Of a DNA stretch of 40,414 nt, positions 1-12,359 are shown one piece after another (within the stretch, counting starts at the first letter, position 1; each line of letters begins with the position of its first letter). The notes under the pieces were generated by a model that saw only the letters and a list, made by a program, of their open reading frames with translations, was not told the DNA's origin and searched no databases. The position numbers were made by a program, and so were the translations under genes. Source of the stretch: Octopus bimaculoides (Eukaryota); NCBI RefSeq assembly GCF_001194135.2, contig NC_068992.1:49701933-49742346 (forward strand). Direction: 5' to 3'.

Positions 1-30
1 TCCTCCTCCTCCTCCTCTTCCTCGTCTTTC

Positions 31-158
31 CAGGGGTCATCTTGGACTACATTATCCCGTGCGACCTTTCTCGTGCGCAAAGAAAATTGAATGGGATTTG
101 AGGGAAGTTTGATTGCTGTTTCTAGCTCGTCAAATGACCACGTAGACGTTGCCCTATC
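31..158 (+). repeat. Diverged copy of a dispersed repeat (family A)
   Basis: Shares TCTTGGACTAC and the (G/A)TTGCT(G/A)TTTCTA block with 8381-8505, and the latter block with 10241-10301. Confidence 0.55.
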
Positions 159-200
159 TTGATTGTTAGTGACCTGATACATTGTTTAGTGGCGATGAGA

Positions 201-268
201 TTACATACATACATACGTACATACATACATGCATACATACATACATACACAGTATATATAGTACACGC

Positions 269-328
<60 letters not shown>

Positions 329-428
329 AAATATGAGAGTATATATATATATATATATCTTCACATACTTATATGAAGATAGATATATATATATATACAC
401 TTATATATATATATATATATATATATAA
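201..428. repeat. Compound microsatellite (TACA)n/(TATC)n/(TA)n
   Basis: Directly visible; runs into an N gap. Confidence 0.95.
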
Positions 429-835
429 ANNNNNNNNNNNNNNNNNNNNNNNNNNNNNNNNNNNNNNNNNNNNNNNNNNNNNNNNNNNNNNNNNNNNNNN
501 NNNNNNNNNNNNNNNNNNNNNNNNNNNNNNNNNNNNNNNNNNNNNNNNNNNNNNNNNNNNNNNNNNNNNNNNNNNNNNNNNNNNNNNNNNNNNNNNNNNN
601 NNNNNNNNNNNNNNNNNNNNNNNNNNNNNNNNNNNNNNNNNNNNNNNNNNNNNNNNNNNNNNNNNNNNNNNNNNNNNNNNNNNNNNNNNNNNNNNNNNNN
701 NNNNNNNNNNNNNNNNNNNNNNNNNNNNNNNNNNNNNNNNNNNNNNNNNNNNNNNNNNNNNNNNNNNNNNNNNNNNNNNNNNNNNNNNNNNNNNNNNNNN
801 NNNNNNNNNNNNNNNNNNNNNNNNNNNNNNNNNNN

Positions 836-866
<31 letters not shown>

Positions 867-919
867 AACTACTACTACTACTACTACTACTACTACAACT
901 ACTACTACTACTACTACTG

Positions 920-965
<46 letters not shown>

Positions 966-998
966 AACTACTACTACTACTACTACTGCTACTACTAC
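836..998. repeat. (CTA)n trinucleotide microsatellite
   Basis: Directly visible, with CAA/CTG interruptions. Confidence 0.95.
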
Positions 999-1675
999 CG
1001 CTACGTGCGCAGCAGCAGCCACTGCACTGTGCTGTATCAAACATAACAGGTAGTCACTAGTGTTGGTGGCTGGTAGCTGCTGCTGCTGCTGCTGTTGCTG
1101 GTGGTGGTGGTGGTGGTGGTGGTGGTGGTGGTGATTTTAGAACGATGGGGGGAAACCAGATTAGATAAGACAAGGCTATGTTTTAGCTGCCAATTGTTAT
1201 CAATATTACATCGGTGTATTTACCGTACTATTGCTTCACTCAGTGTTTTCACTCAATTATATTCTCTCTGTCTCCCTCATACACACACACACACATACAT
1301 ATATGTATTTACATACATACATATATATATATAGTATACATATAAGTATATACATACATATATACATTATACATATATATACGTATGTATTTGTATCTGT
1401 ATCTCTATATATCTTCATACAAACATATACACACACATACAGACGCACGCATGCGCACGCGCGCATATATACCTCTATGCGTAGACACGTTCTTTTTTCC
1501 TCTCTCCTATTTTTCCTTTCTCCCTCCATCTGTTTTCATTCCTCTTTTCTTTCCGTGGAAGAGCATAAGTTCGAAACGTCAGACTCATCCATTTTTCCTA
1601 AGCGTTAAACTAATACACCACGTTTGTTGCTCCCTCATCTATCTATGCTTTTCGTCTTTTTTGTATAATTTTGAA

Positions 1676-1714
<39 letters not shown>

Positions 1715-4100
1715 GACATACATACACATACATACATATATACATACATACATGAGATGAAAAAGAGTCTTGACCTGTTCAATATATTTTTTAAACACTC
1801 AAGGGAAATAACTTATTTCATTGTTTGTTCATTTACTTTGAATACTGATTTTTTGTGTGTCCTATTTCTAATTTTTGCAGACAATATCACTTGTATACTT
1901 TATTTGACACGTGAATAGAACTCATGTCTGGGAACCTCGTGACATACTTAAATAGTTGAAAAAAAAAATCGATAATAAGGCCCTTCCAATGGATCCTTCT
2001 ATCTACTACATATTACTAATATTTTATTTAAACAACCCAGGGGAAATAACCCATGATCAATATTTGATTCTCACGATCAGCCAGCCTAATTCTACATTTC
2101 ACTACTCACAGTTTTGAACTGCTAAACATTATTATTGCACTTCCTTAATTTAAACATTAAAGACTTCATTCATACATTTCTATACATATATACTTTTTGA
2201 ACGCCCATTACTCCGATAATTCTGCATTTTTGCAGTTACACCTTTTCCATGACAGTAGATGAATTTTTTTATTCCACAACGTATTTGTAGTGGCTTCATG
2301 CAGGCATAGCGTGGATTCGACCCTTTTTGTGGTAGTAGAGGAAGCTACTACGGGATCCGAAAAAGTATGGCGAGGTGCGGGCTGCACAGTGAACTTTATG
2401 ATCTTGTCCGCCAGAATCTNNNNNNNNNNNNNNNNNNNNNNNNNNNNNNNNNNNNNNNNNNNNNNNNNNNNNNNNNNNNNNNNNNNNNNNNNNNNNNNNN
2501 NNNNNNNNNNNNNNNNNNNNNNNNNNNNNNNNNNNNNNNNNNNNNNNNNNNNNNNNNNNNNNNNNNNNNNNNNNNNNNNNNNNNNNNNNNNNNNNNNNNN
2601 NNNNNNNNNNNNNNNNNNNNNNNNNNNNNNNNNNNNNNNNNNNNNNNNNNNNNNNNNNNNNNNNNNNNNNNNNNNNNNNNNNNNNNNNNNNNNNNNNNNN
2701 NNNNNNNNNNNNNNNNNNNNNNNNNNNNNNNNNNNNNNNNNNNNNNNNNNNNNNNNNNNNNNNNNNNNNNNNNNNNNNNNNNNNNNNNNNNNNNNNNNNN
2801 NNNNNNNNNNNNNNNNNNNNNNNNNNNNNNNNNNNNNNNNNNNNNNNNNNNNNNNNNNNNNNNNNNNNNNNNNNNNNNNNNNNNNNNNNNNNNNNNNNNN
2901 NNNNNNNNNNNNNNNNNNNNNNNNNNNNNNNNNNNNNNNNNNNNNNNNNNNNNNNNNNNNNNNNNNNATCATAAGCGCACACATTCACACTCACGAATGT
3001 GCACATGCATATGCATACACAATCACTTATAGAAAAGCTTATAAATCTGGTTCATTCACGTTTCGAAATCTGCAGAGTCTTGGAGGAAAAAAAACAACTG
3101 AAAATCTATCATGAAAGTGCTTATATATATGTGATTAATGGTGAATAGTAAATAAATAAATAAAGAAAGAAAGAAAGAAAGAAAGACATTTGTAATGTAG
3201 AAGGGAGGGAGAATGAGGAGAAAGGGGAAGAGCCGAGTAAAGTAGTTCTTTTTTTTTTTTACCTCCCCTATATTTTTCTTTCTTTTTCTTATCCCTTTCT
3301 TTATTTTCATTTTTTACTGTCGACCATTAAACATATATAGAAATTACTTGCAAGATAAGTTGTTTATAAAGTTCTGTAGATTTCAAACTGTGAATGAAAC
3401 GAATTTCTAAGCTTTTCTATAAATAAATATGAAATACTCCACCTCTAAAGTGCAGTTTCGTTATCTATTTTGCGGTTCTCTAATATTTTTACAAATAATC
3501 ACGCACATATATACGTATGTATGTATGTATGTATGTATGTATGTATGTATGTATGTATGTATAGATAGATAGATAGATAGATTGATAGATACATAAATAG
3601 ATGGATAGATAGAAAGATAACTATCGATCTGTCTGTCTGTCTATCTATCTGTCTGTATATTTCTCTCTCTCTCTCTTTATATATATATATATATATATAT
3701 ATATNNNNNNNNNNNNNNNNNNNNNNNNNNNNNNNNNNNNNNNNNNNNNNNNNNNNNNNNNNNNNNNNNNNNNNNNNNNNNNNNNNNNNNNNNNNNNNNN
3801 NNNNNNNNNNNNNNNNNNNNNNNNNNNNNNNNNNNNNNNNNNNNNNNNNNNNNNNNNNNNNNNNNNNNNNNNNNNNNNNNNNNNNNNNNNNNNNNNNNNN
3901 NNNNNNNNNNNNNNNNNNNNNNNNNNNNNNNNNNNNNNNNNNNNNNNNNNNNNNNNNNNNNNNNNNNNNNNNNNNNNNNNNNNNNNNNNNATATATATAT
4001 ATATATATCTTAAGATAAACTTACTTGGAAATGGATGCGTGGCGTTCAGTCATATAATAATATAAATAAAATATATATAGGCATATATACATACATACAT

Positions 4101-4149
<49 letters not shown>

Positions 4150-4150
<1 letters not shown>

Positions 4151-4325
4151 GGGTACAGAACCTCACAAAACGTAAACAACAAGAAATACGAAAACATGAA
4201 ATCCGAAATCCGAAAAACAACATGAAATACGAAAACAAACTTTTTTTTACGAACAAGGAAACAAATGAAACACAAGACAAGTAACATAAAGAACGACCCT
4301 TCATCAGTTGTCGGCTGCTTATCTA
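4150..4325 (-). repeat. Dispersed repeat family P, subfamily b (contains CTGATGAAGG on the minus strand)
   Basis: Homologous to 24735-24915 (shared AAAGAACGACCCTTCATCAGTTGT(C/T)GGCTG). Confidence 0.7.
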
Positions 4326-5769
4326 TACACACACATACACACAAACTTACAAACATACATATATACATTTGTGTGTGTGTGTGTGTGTGTGTATCTGTGG
4401 ATGGAAGCTGGTAAGGCTACGACAGGTAGATATAAAAATCGAATATTGACGAGAAATATCGAAAGAAGTTACGGAACAAAACAAAACAGAGCAATATAGA
4501 ATCTTTCAACGTGCAAAGAAAGGAAAAGAAACGAAGAGCAAAGTAGGAAGTAACGTGAATATTAGGAGATTTAAGATTTTTGACTTGTAACGAAAAGTAG
4601 AAAAGAGAAGGACAGAACGATAAGACATCCGATCGGCTGAACAGGAAAGACAGGTGGAAAAAATAGAGGAAGTAATTGTTGTCTTTTGTGTATGGAGTGG
4701 TCGAAAATACTTGGCGAGAAAGTATCGTCGACTGGTAAGAAAGTATCGTATTAGTGTGTCTGATATTACAGTCTGAGTCGTGAAGTTTACAATTTTCATG
4801 TTTACATTGAAATTTGTGATTTAAATTTGTTGTTTGAAGTATTCTGTAGTTTGGACTTGTGGTTTCGTGTAGGTGAAGGGAGTTGTTTTTTTCTTTCTGG
4901 TGTTGTAATATTTTCTGAGAATTTGTGGTTAAGTGTGATAGATGCTGGGTTCTGGTTTTTAGAGTCTTTTTATAATGTATACATTCAGTATTCAAATTCT
5001 ATAGCTGAGAGATGTGCAGTGTAAGAGATCGGGAGATTGAGTGGAAAATGTCAGACTGATACACAGAAACAAATGTCGTACAACATGAAAGTTGTACGAC
5101 ACACAAGCACGACTCTTTCTTATCGGTTAACTTTCGATGTACAGCAAGGAACCACCGCAACATTATGATACAGTACACAAAATAAAATTAGATAGGAAAC
5201 AACCATTAGATGACAGTTTTGTAAAGAATTGCCTCCCAAAATAAGAAGAATAATTACAGAAGCCTTACAAAGAGCAAAATACAAACCAAAAATTAACATA
5301 CAGATATATTATTCGTAAAATTAATAATGATATCAATCAAGACTTAATCGTTGTACAATTTTTTAATTGGGTGTTGACAATTTATAACATCGCCCCATGA
5401 TTTTTTTATGAGATACTGCTAAGCATGCGAACATGATATTGCTACAATCACTCCATTTCGATTATGATTTAAGGAAAGTCTTCGGCAAGACTTCCGCCGC
5501 CCCGCCTCCCTAAAAAAAACCACCCTTTAAANNNNNNNNNNNNNNNNNNNNNNNNNNNNNNNNNNNNNNNNNNNNNNNNNNNNNNNNNNNNNNNNNNNNN
5601 NNNNNNNNNNNNNNNNNNNNNNNNNNNNNNNNNNNNNNNNNNNNNNNNNNNNNNNNNNNNNNNNNNNNNNNNNNNNNNNNNNNNNNNNNNNNNNNNNNNN
5701 NNNNNNNNNNNNNNNNNNNNNNNNNNNNNNNNNNNNNNNNNNNNNNNNNNNNNNNNNNNTGTAAAATTT

Positions 5770-6090
5770 TTTTTTAAGAATTTTTTTTTAAATATGCGGA
5801 AAAATACGGACATTATGATTCGGACAAAAAATTCAAAACATTTCTGTAGTTACGGGTAGAGTTAGGGTTTTAGGATTAGGGTTTTAGGGTTAGTGTTGGG
5901 GGGAAAAAATGAATATTTTGAATAACGAACAGTTTTCTAAAGAAAATTAAACTCGCATAACGAACTGAAATTTGATCTTCGAACCTAGAGCAGACTTCAC
6001 ACGCGTATGTGACAGAGAGCCCATTAGCTTAACGAGCTGAAATTTGAACAACAAAACATGAGTGCAGTACGTATGCGTATGAATGACCAG
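5770..6090. mobile_element. Probable non-autonomous element carrying degenerate TTAGGG repeats (Helentron/HINE-like?)
   Basis: TTAGGG/TTAGGA/TTAGTG units at 5862-5901 inside non-telomeric sequence. The class assignment is inference. Confidence 0.4.
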
Positions 6091-6753
6091 GAGAGCTTAT
6101 ACAAACGGTTCATTAACGTTCATGTAGCTTGAAAATTTTCATGTTCTATGTAGAAAATATTAATAATTCCCTCATTTTTTTTAAAACTAAAAGCATAGCC
6201 AGGGATCGACAGAAGCAAGGCAAAGGAAAAATCGCACGTGCACACATACATACACACATATATACGTTTATATGCACACACATACATGTGTGTGTGCGCA
6301 CGCGCATGCATGTGTATACGTTTACTATTGATGGATGAACAAGTAAAACATCCTTTAACGCCTCTACATGAAGTTTTGGGTGAGAACAAATTACTCTTGT
6401 GTATATATATATATATATNNNNNNNNNNNNNACACACACACACACACACACACACATACACACACACACACACTGTTGTTTTCATTTCTTATCGCCTGTC
6501 TACTACGAATTGGCTTTGTAAACTGATTGAAAGCGCGCGCGTGTGTATCCCTGAATGACAAGTGTATTAGTGTTATCACCCCACTGCCACTCCATATTTG
6601 TCGTTTACACAACTCTGTTTTACCCTTCCCTGATATCAGTCTCTCCCTATACCACCTCATTTCCCTCACACTAACACTCTTGCAGCCATCACATTTTATC
6701 CCAAAATAGCCCACTCAATCACTACAATCTTATAAGTTATAATATATATATAC

Positions 6754-6788
<35 letters not shown>

Positions 6789-7802
6789 NNNNNNNNNNNN
6801 NNNNNNNNNNNNNNNNNNNNNNNNNNNNNNNNNNNNNNNNNNNNNNNNNNNNNNNNNNNNNNNNNNNNNNNNNNNNNNNNNNNNNNNNNNNNNNNNNNNN
6901 NNNNNNNNNNNNNNNNNNNNNNNNNNNNNNNNNNNNNNNNNNNNNNNNNNNNNNNNNNNNNNNNNNNNNNNNNNNNNNNNNNNNNNNNNNNNNNNNNNNN
7001 NNNNNNNNNNNNNNNNNNNNNNNNNNNNNNNNNNNNNNNNNNNNNNNNNNNNNNNNNNNNNNNNNNNNNNNNNNNNNNNNNNNNNNNNNNNNNNNNNNNN
7101 NNNNNNNNNNNNNNNNNNNNNNNNNNNNNNNNNNNNNNNNNNNNNNNNNNNNNNNNNNNNNNNNNNNNNNNNNNNNNNNNNNNNNNNNNNNNNNNNNNNN
7201 NNNNNNNNNNNNNNNNNNNNNNNNNNNNNNNNNNNNNNNNNNNNNNNNNNNNNNNNNNNNNNNNNNNNNNNNNNNNNNNNNNNNNNNNNNNNNNNNNNNN
7301 NNNNNNNNNNNNNNNNNNNNNNNNNNNNNNNNNNNNNNNNNNNNNNNNNNNNNNNNNNNNNNNNNNNNNNNNNNNNNNNNNNNNNNNNNNNNNNNNNNNN
7401 NNNNNNNNNNNNNNNNNNNNNNNNNNNNNNNNNNNNNNNNNNNNNNNNNNNNNNNNNNNNNNNNNNNNNNNNNNNNNNNNNNNNNNNNNNNNNNNNNNNN
7501 NNNNNNNNNNNNNNNNNNNNNNNNNNNNNNNNNNNNNNNNNNNNNNNNNNNNNNNNNNNNNNNNNNNNNNNNNNNNNNNNNNNNNNNNNNNNNNNNNNNN
7601 NNNNNNNNNNNNNNNNNNNNNNNNNNNNNNNNNNNNNNNNNNNNNNNNNNNNNNNNNNNNNNNNNNNNNNNNNNNNNNNNNNNCTTAGACAGGAAATCTA
7701 ACAGTGTTTGCAACATAGTCGACTTTAGGATCATGGTGTTAAATCATTTGGAAATAGATTAAATCACCCACTCACTCATTGTATCAATCAATCAATCAAT
7801 CA

Positions 7803-7855
<53 letters not shown>

Positions 7856-7879
7856 GATAGATAGATAGATAGATAGCTA

Positions 7880-8097
7880 CGAGGAGTTGCTGAAAAGTTT
7901 CTGGCTCTAAGGGTGTCGTGAAAGACCTGGAAGTAGGCCCAACATTCCGAGTTCTTTTATCAGGGCTTAGAAAAACCGAAGGACCGCTGCAATAAGTGTG
8001 TGAATCTGAGAGAGGAATATGTTGCATAAAATCATAATTAACTGATCTTCTTATATTTTCTTTTACACAAAGCCAGGAACTTTTCTGCACCCCCTCA
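7880..8097 (+). mobile_element. Mariner-derived MITE, complete
   Basis: About 27-bp imperfect TIRs (CGAGGAGTTGCTGAAAAGTTTCTGGCT / AGCCAGGAACTTTTCTGCACCCCCTCA), TA on both sides (7878-79, 8098-99), and an internal frame LEKPKDRCNKCVNLREEYVA* resembling the mariner transposase C-terminus. Confidence 0.85.
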
Positions 8098-8214
8098 TAC
8101 ATGCTGCACATACGAGGGGGTACTGCATGTGCGTGCGTGCGTACGTGCGTGCGTGTGTGTACATATGTGGACACACATACTCACACAAATATACACACAT
8201 ACATGCATCAATCC

Positions 8215-8258
<44 letters not shown>

Positions 8259-8380
8259 TTATCTATCTATCTATCAGTGTATGTATGTATGAATGTGTAT
8301 TTGTGGTTTAGCTTCAGGACAGCTGGTGTCACAGACGCTCCAGCGGTTAACAATCTCATATTTTATTTCAGGCATAGTGT

Positions 8381-8505
8381 ATCTTGGACTACACCACTCA
8401 ATATAGCCCTTTTTTTTCTGTCTAAGACGATATGATGTGATGAATTGACGGCGATTTAGCTGCTATTTCTAACAGACCGAGTGATAGTCCAACGCTTCTC
8501 TCTCC
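8381..8505 (+). repeat. Family A copy
   Basis: ATCTTGGACTAC...GCTGCTATTTCTAACAG shared with the other copies. Confidence 0.55.
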
Positions 8506-8589
8506 CTGGCTCGTCATTAATATTGTTGTAGTGATGCTGGTTGCTATTGTTATCTTGTTGCTGTATCTACGTTTTCAGTCACAACCATT

Positions 8590-9120
8590 TCCTACCACTG
8601 CAGTTACTATTGTTGTTGCTACTACTGCTGCTGCTGCTGCTGCTTCTACTACTACAACTACAACAACTACTACTGCTGCTGCTGCTGTTGTTGTTTAGTT
8701 CGCAGTTTCTGCAACCACTACAGTTGTTGCATCTGTTCGTCTCACTACCACCCACTTGCTCTTTCCTCTCCCACCACACCTCATTCTTCCCCTGTTCTTC
8801 TACTCACTCTTATTCCTCCTCCTCCTCCTCATTTTCTTCCCTACCATTTCTTCCTTACCATTTCTTCCTTTCCCTTTATTTCTCTCTTCTCCTCTGTTAT
8901 CGTCACTGTGCCTTCTACTCATACCACCGCCCGCACCATTCTCTCCACCACCACCGCCACTGCCCCTATTCAATACCTCTAACATTGCCACCACCACCAC
9001 CACCACCACCTTTACCATTCTCTCCTCCCCCTCACCTCCACTACCACCCCTGTTTCAATATCTCCAACGTCTCCCCCCACTACTACCACCATAGCCATCT
9101 GCAATGGAAGCACTACCACG
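8590..9120. repeat. Low-complexity triplet mosaic (CTG/CTA/CCT/CAC)
   Basis: Directly visible. Confidence 0.85.
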
Positions 9121-9363
9121 GTTAATGCCATAGTGATTGTTGTTGTTGTTCACATTGTGGTCATAGTAATTTGTTGTTGTCCATCTTATTATTATTACTG
9201 CTGTTATTGTCGTTCGTTCGTTCGTCTTGGTCGTTCCGTGGCTGCAACAGGATTAAAAACAAATATATGTATAAACACAAACATATATACGTTTAAACGG
9301 ATATATATAATTACATTTACACACCTGTATATATTGCTGTCTATCTGTCTATACACGGAAGTT

Positions 9364-9395
<32 letters not shown>

Positions 9396-9725
9396 CACAC
9401 ACACATACGGATAGACAGAGATTACAAGACGAATACTGAATGAAATAAAGACATAAAAACCTTAAGAAACCCCAGAAAACCAAGCCTAACTACAGGTAGA
9501 CACAGACAGAGAGACGGGGTCAAACAGACGTATGTGTACACAGATTAAAAAATATATCCAGACGAACAGACAGAGGGACAAACTGAGAGATGTGCAATGA
9601 AAAAGATAGAGAGATAAAGTGAGAAACATATCAGCGAGAGAGAGAGAGAGAGAGAAAGAGAGAGTAGTACTAAAACAGTCAGACTGACTGACAGACACAC
9701 AAAAAGCGTGTGACGGTGAGGACAC

Positions 9726-9843
9726 ATGTCGCTGGAGTTACCAGTGTATGGTTTGATCTGGGGACCGTGGTGTCACACCCTAGCATGGCTGTTATGGACT
9801 TTACAGTTGATTCTATCCACCAGCTGGGTGTCTGCTGCTTCAG
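9726..9843 (+). CDS. Probable first coding exon of a secreted or membrane protein (signal peptide)
   Basis: ATG follows an in-frame TGA (9717-19). Translation MSLELPVYGLIWGPWCHTLAWLLWTLQLILSTSWVSAAS-G has a hydrophobic core and a VSA/AAS cleavage-like site. It ends at a consensus donor CAG|GTAAGT in phase 1. Confidence 0.55.
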
Positions 9844-10240
9844 GTAAGTGGGTGCTTCACTATTGCTTACAACGGTGTTGATGGTATATAGCATGGTGGA
9901 CATTTTGGGGTTGTTTGTTACACAGCGTTGGTGTGGAGTGGTGTGTAGGGGTGTTTGTGTAGTGTAGTGATGATTAATGTGTAGTAGTGTTGTAGTGCAT
10001 TGTAAGTGTGTTGGTACGATGTAGTATGGTAATTAGTTGTTTGTGTGATGTAGCGTCGTGCAGTGACGGACCTGTTGTGATGGAGCAGATGTGTTGTGTA
10101 GTGTGGGCGAGTTGTGATATAGTATGGATGTATTGTTACACAGCGGGATATTGTAGTGATGCTTAGTGTTCTGTAGTGTTACAGTGTAGTGGTGTACGTA
10201 TTGTATGAAGTGCAGCCTTTCAATTAAAAAAAAAACTACA

Positions 10241-10301
10241 AAGGTGTGATTTAAGAGGGAATTGGTTGCTATTTCTAACAGGTCCAGTAGTCATGTAGAG
10301 G
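10241..10301 (+). repeat. Family A copy (3' part)
   Basis: GTGTGATTTAAGAGGGAATTGGTTGCTATTTCTAACAGG. Confidence 0.55.
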
Positions 10302-10613
10302 TGTATGTATTGGTATAGCTTTTAGGTGAAGGTTGTGGTACAATGTGTTGTGTTGCGTAATGGTGCAGTGCATTGTAGTATGGTATGAAGAGGTGTAGCT
10401 TGGTGTGTAGTGCTGTGATATGTGAGTATGTGTATGTTGCATCGTGTTATGCAGTTGTATAGTATGTGATATAGTACAATGTGGTGTTATTTGTTCTGGT
10501 ATCTGATAGTGTGGTTTACTGTCGGATATAGTGTGAAGCCATGTAGTGGTAGGATAAGCTAAATGATATTGTTTGTAGTGTGGATTAAGTGCTGTATCAC
10601 GTTTTAATTCAGT

Positions 10614-10898
10614 GAAGGCGTGTGGCTGAGTGCTTAAGGTATTCGACTTAGGATCGTAGGGTCGTGAGTTCGATGCCCGGCGGCGCGTTGTATCCTTGAG
10701 CAAGACACTTTGTTTTTTACATTGCTCCAGTCCACTCAGTTGTCACCTTGAGTGTCACGCTGAGTTTCCCCTGGGAACTACGTTAAGGGTATGCGTATCT
10801 GTGGAGTGTTCAGCCACTTGCTCGTTAATTTCACGAGCAGGCTGTTCCGTTGGTCGGATCAACAGGAAGACTCGTCGTCGCAATCGACGGAGCACCAG
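10614..10898 (+). mobile_element. tRNA-derived SINE with a CORE-like block and a Ceph-like 3' domain
   Basis: A-box TGGCTGAGTG, B-box GTTCGA (10668-73), CTTGAGCAAGACACTTT shared with 26244-26583; 3' part homologous to the minus-strand relic at 27130-27245. Confidence 0.8.
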
Positions 10899-12065
10899 TT
10901 ATACGTTTTAGTGCATTGGTGTCATGATATAGTGCAGTGTTGCCGTGCCTCTTCGGTGGTGTACGATGTCCTAGTGCAGTGATATAGTATGGTGCTTGAT
11001 GTATAACGTCTGTGCGCGTGTGTATTGTAGTGGTGGTGGTGGTGGTGGTGGTGATAGTCATAGTGGTGTGGTGAAGTTTGAGAGAGTGGAGTGTGGTTGT
11101 ATGTAGTGTAATAATAGTACGTTGCTAACTGATGGTTTGTCGTGCAGCGTGATGCAGCACGACATGGGTATAGTTTAGAGTGGTGTGTGAAGATATTTGG
11201 AGTGGCATGATTTGACCGAGTAAGTACGACAGGTGTGAAATGTTGTAGCGCAGTGTCTCTTGGTCTTATGATAAGGATGTTGTATTGTGTGAATGGGATG
11301 GAAGTATTTTATAATATACGCTGACATTTTATAGTGTAGGTTTATATGAGTTAGTGCATTGTGTCAAGTGTGTTTATTTGTGAGTGGGGTGTGTGTGTGA
11401 ATGGGATGATGCGTATAGTCTGTATGTGTGTATATGTGTAGTGTAATGGTAGGATATGGTAGGCGAATGGTGAGTGTAGGTAGATATACCATAGTATTAT
11501 AGTAGGATGTTTTTGTAGTGGTCTCGGGGAGGGAACAAATGTGGTAGGATTTGATTCATGTGAATGATGGAATGTGGTAAAATGAATGTTGGTCTTGCTG
11601 CTGATGCTTGTTAGTTTTACATGAAAGGCAATCCAGCCATGGCCATCTACTCACTTTGTTCATATAAGACTACGTTGTCTAATGTATATGAGTGCTGTAT
11701 AGCGTAGTACACGAGTCATCGCACAACACTATTATGACCAGCTGTATCAACATAAAGCAACGTAGTACAACCATACATCACAACACCAAACGACATCACT
11801 TTATAACAGTACAGATTAACAACAAAACACAACACCACCACACAATAAACACAACACCTCACTACGCAACAAACTCAACATCATACCACATAACAATTTC
11901 ACACCACATAACAATTTCACACCACAAAACAATCACACCACAGAACAAACAACACCATGCCACACAACGCAACACCACGTTACAATATTCAACGCTACAA
12001 CACATAACAAACACAATTCTATATTATCTTATACAACATTATACTTTAAACACTAAACTCTACAC

Positions 12066-12359
12066 CAGTTATTCTCAACCAGGATCCATATGATCCTTAG
12101 GGGCCCATATGATCCTCAGGGGTCCATATGATCTCCAGGGGGTCCCTAATAGGTTGTGTTAAAATTTATGTGCAATAAATTGGTCATATTTCTACAATAC
12201 ACAAATTACTTTAACAATTTTTAAAATGTAATTCCTTATAATATTTACTTATAAAAATCTAACAGGATTTTTTTAAAGCATCGAATGGCTATAACGGTCT
12301 ACCTGAATAAAATAGAAACCAGAGGTATCCATAAGTAAATAGATGATTGAAAATCACTG
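12066..12359. mobile_element. hAT-type MITE
   Basis: TIRs CAGTTATTCTCAACC / GATTGAAAATCACTG, degraded 8-bp flanks (CTCTACAC / GTCTAACA), subterminal 19-bp repeats. Confidence 0.7.

Larger units (their letters stand above)
9905..12050. repeat. Degenerate GT-rich (GTAGT/GTGT) low-complexity tract that switches to the complementary CA-rich form at about 11690
   Basis: Strong compositional skew visible by eye. Confidence 0.7.

Noticed and set aside
159-1053. ORFs of IY/HT/VC/poly-S/T/V type and all ORFs containing X runs (here and throughout the window)
   Set aside because: Translations of microsatellites and N gaps.
2208-2419. GC-richer stretch open on both strands next to a gap
   Set aside because: No recognisable protein or clear splice pair; a faint mariner-like end motif is too weak to call.
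4417-4995. 192-aa minus-strand ORF
   Set aside because: The composition follows strand skew (H/T/N/Q then F/S/L), there is no domain motif, and long unspliced ORFs of this kind arise by chance in stop-poor skewed DNA.
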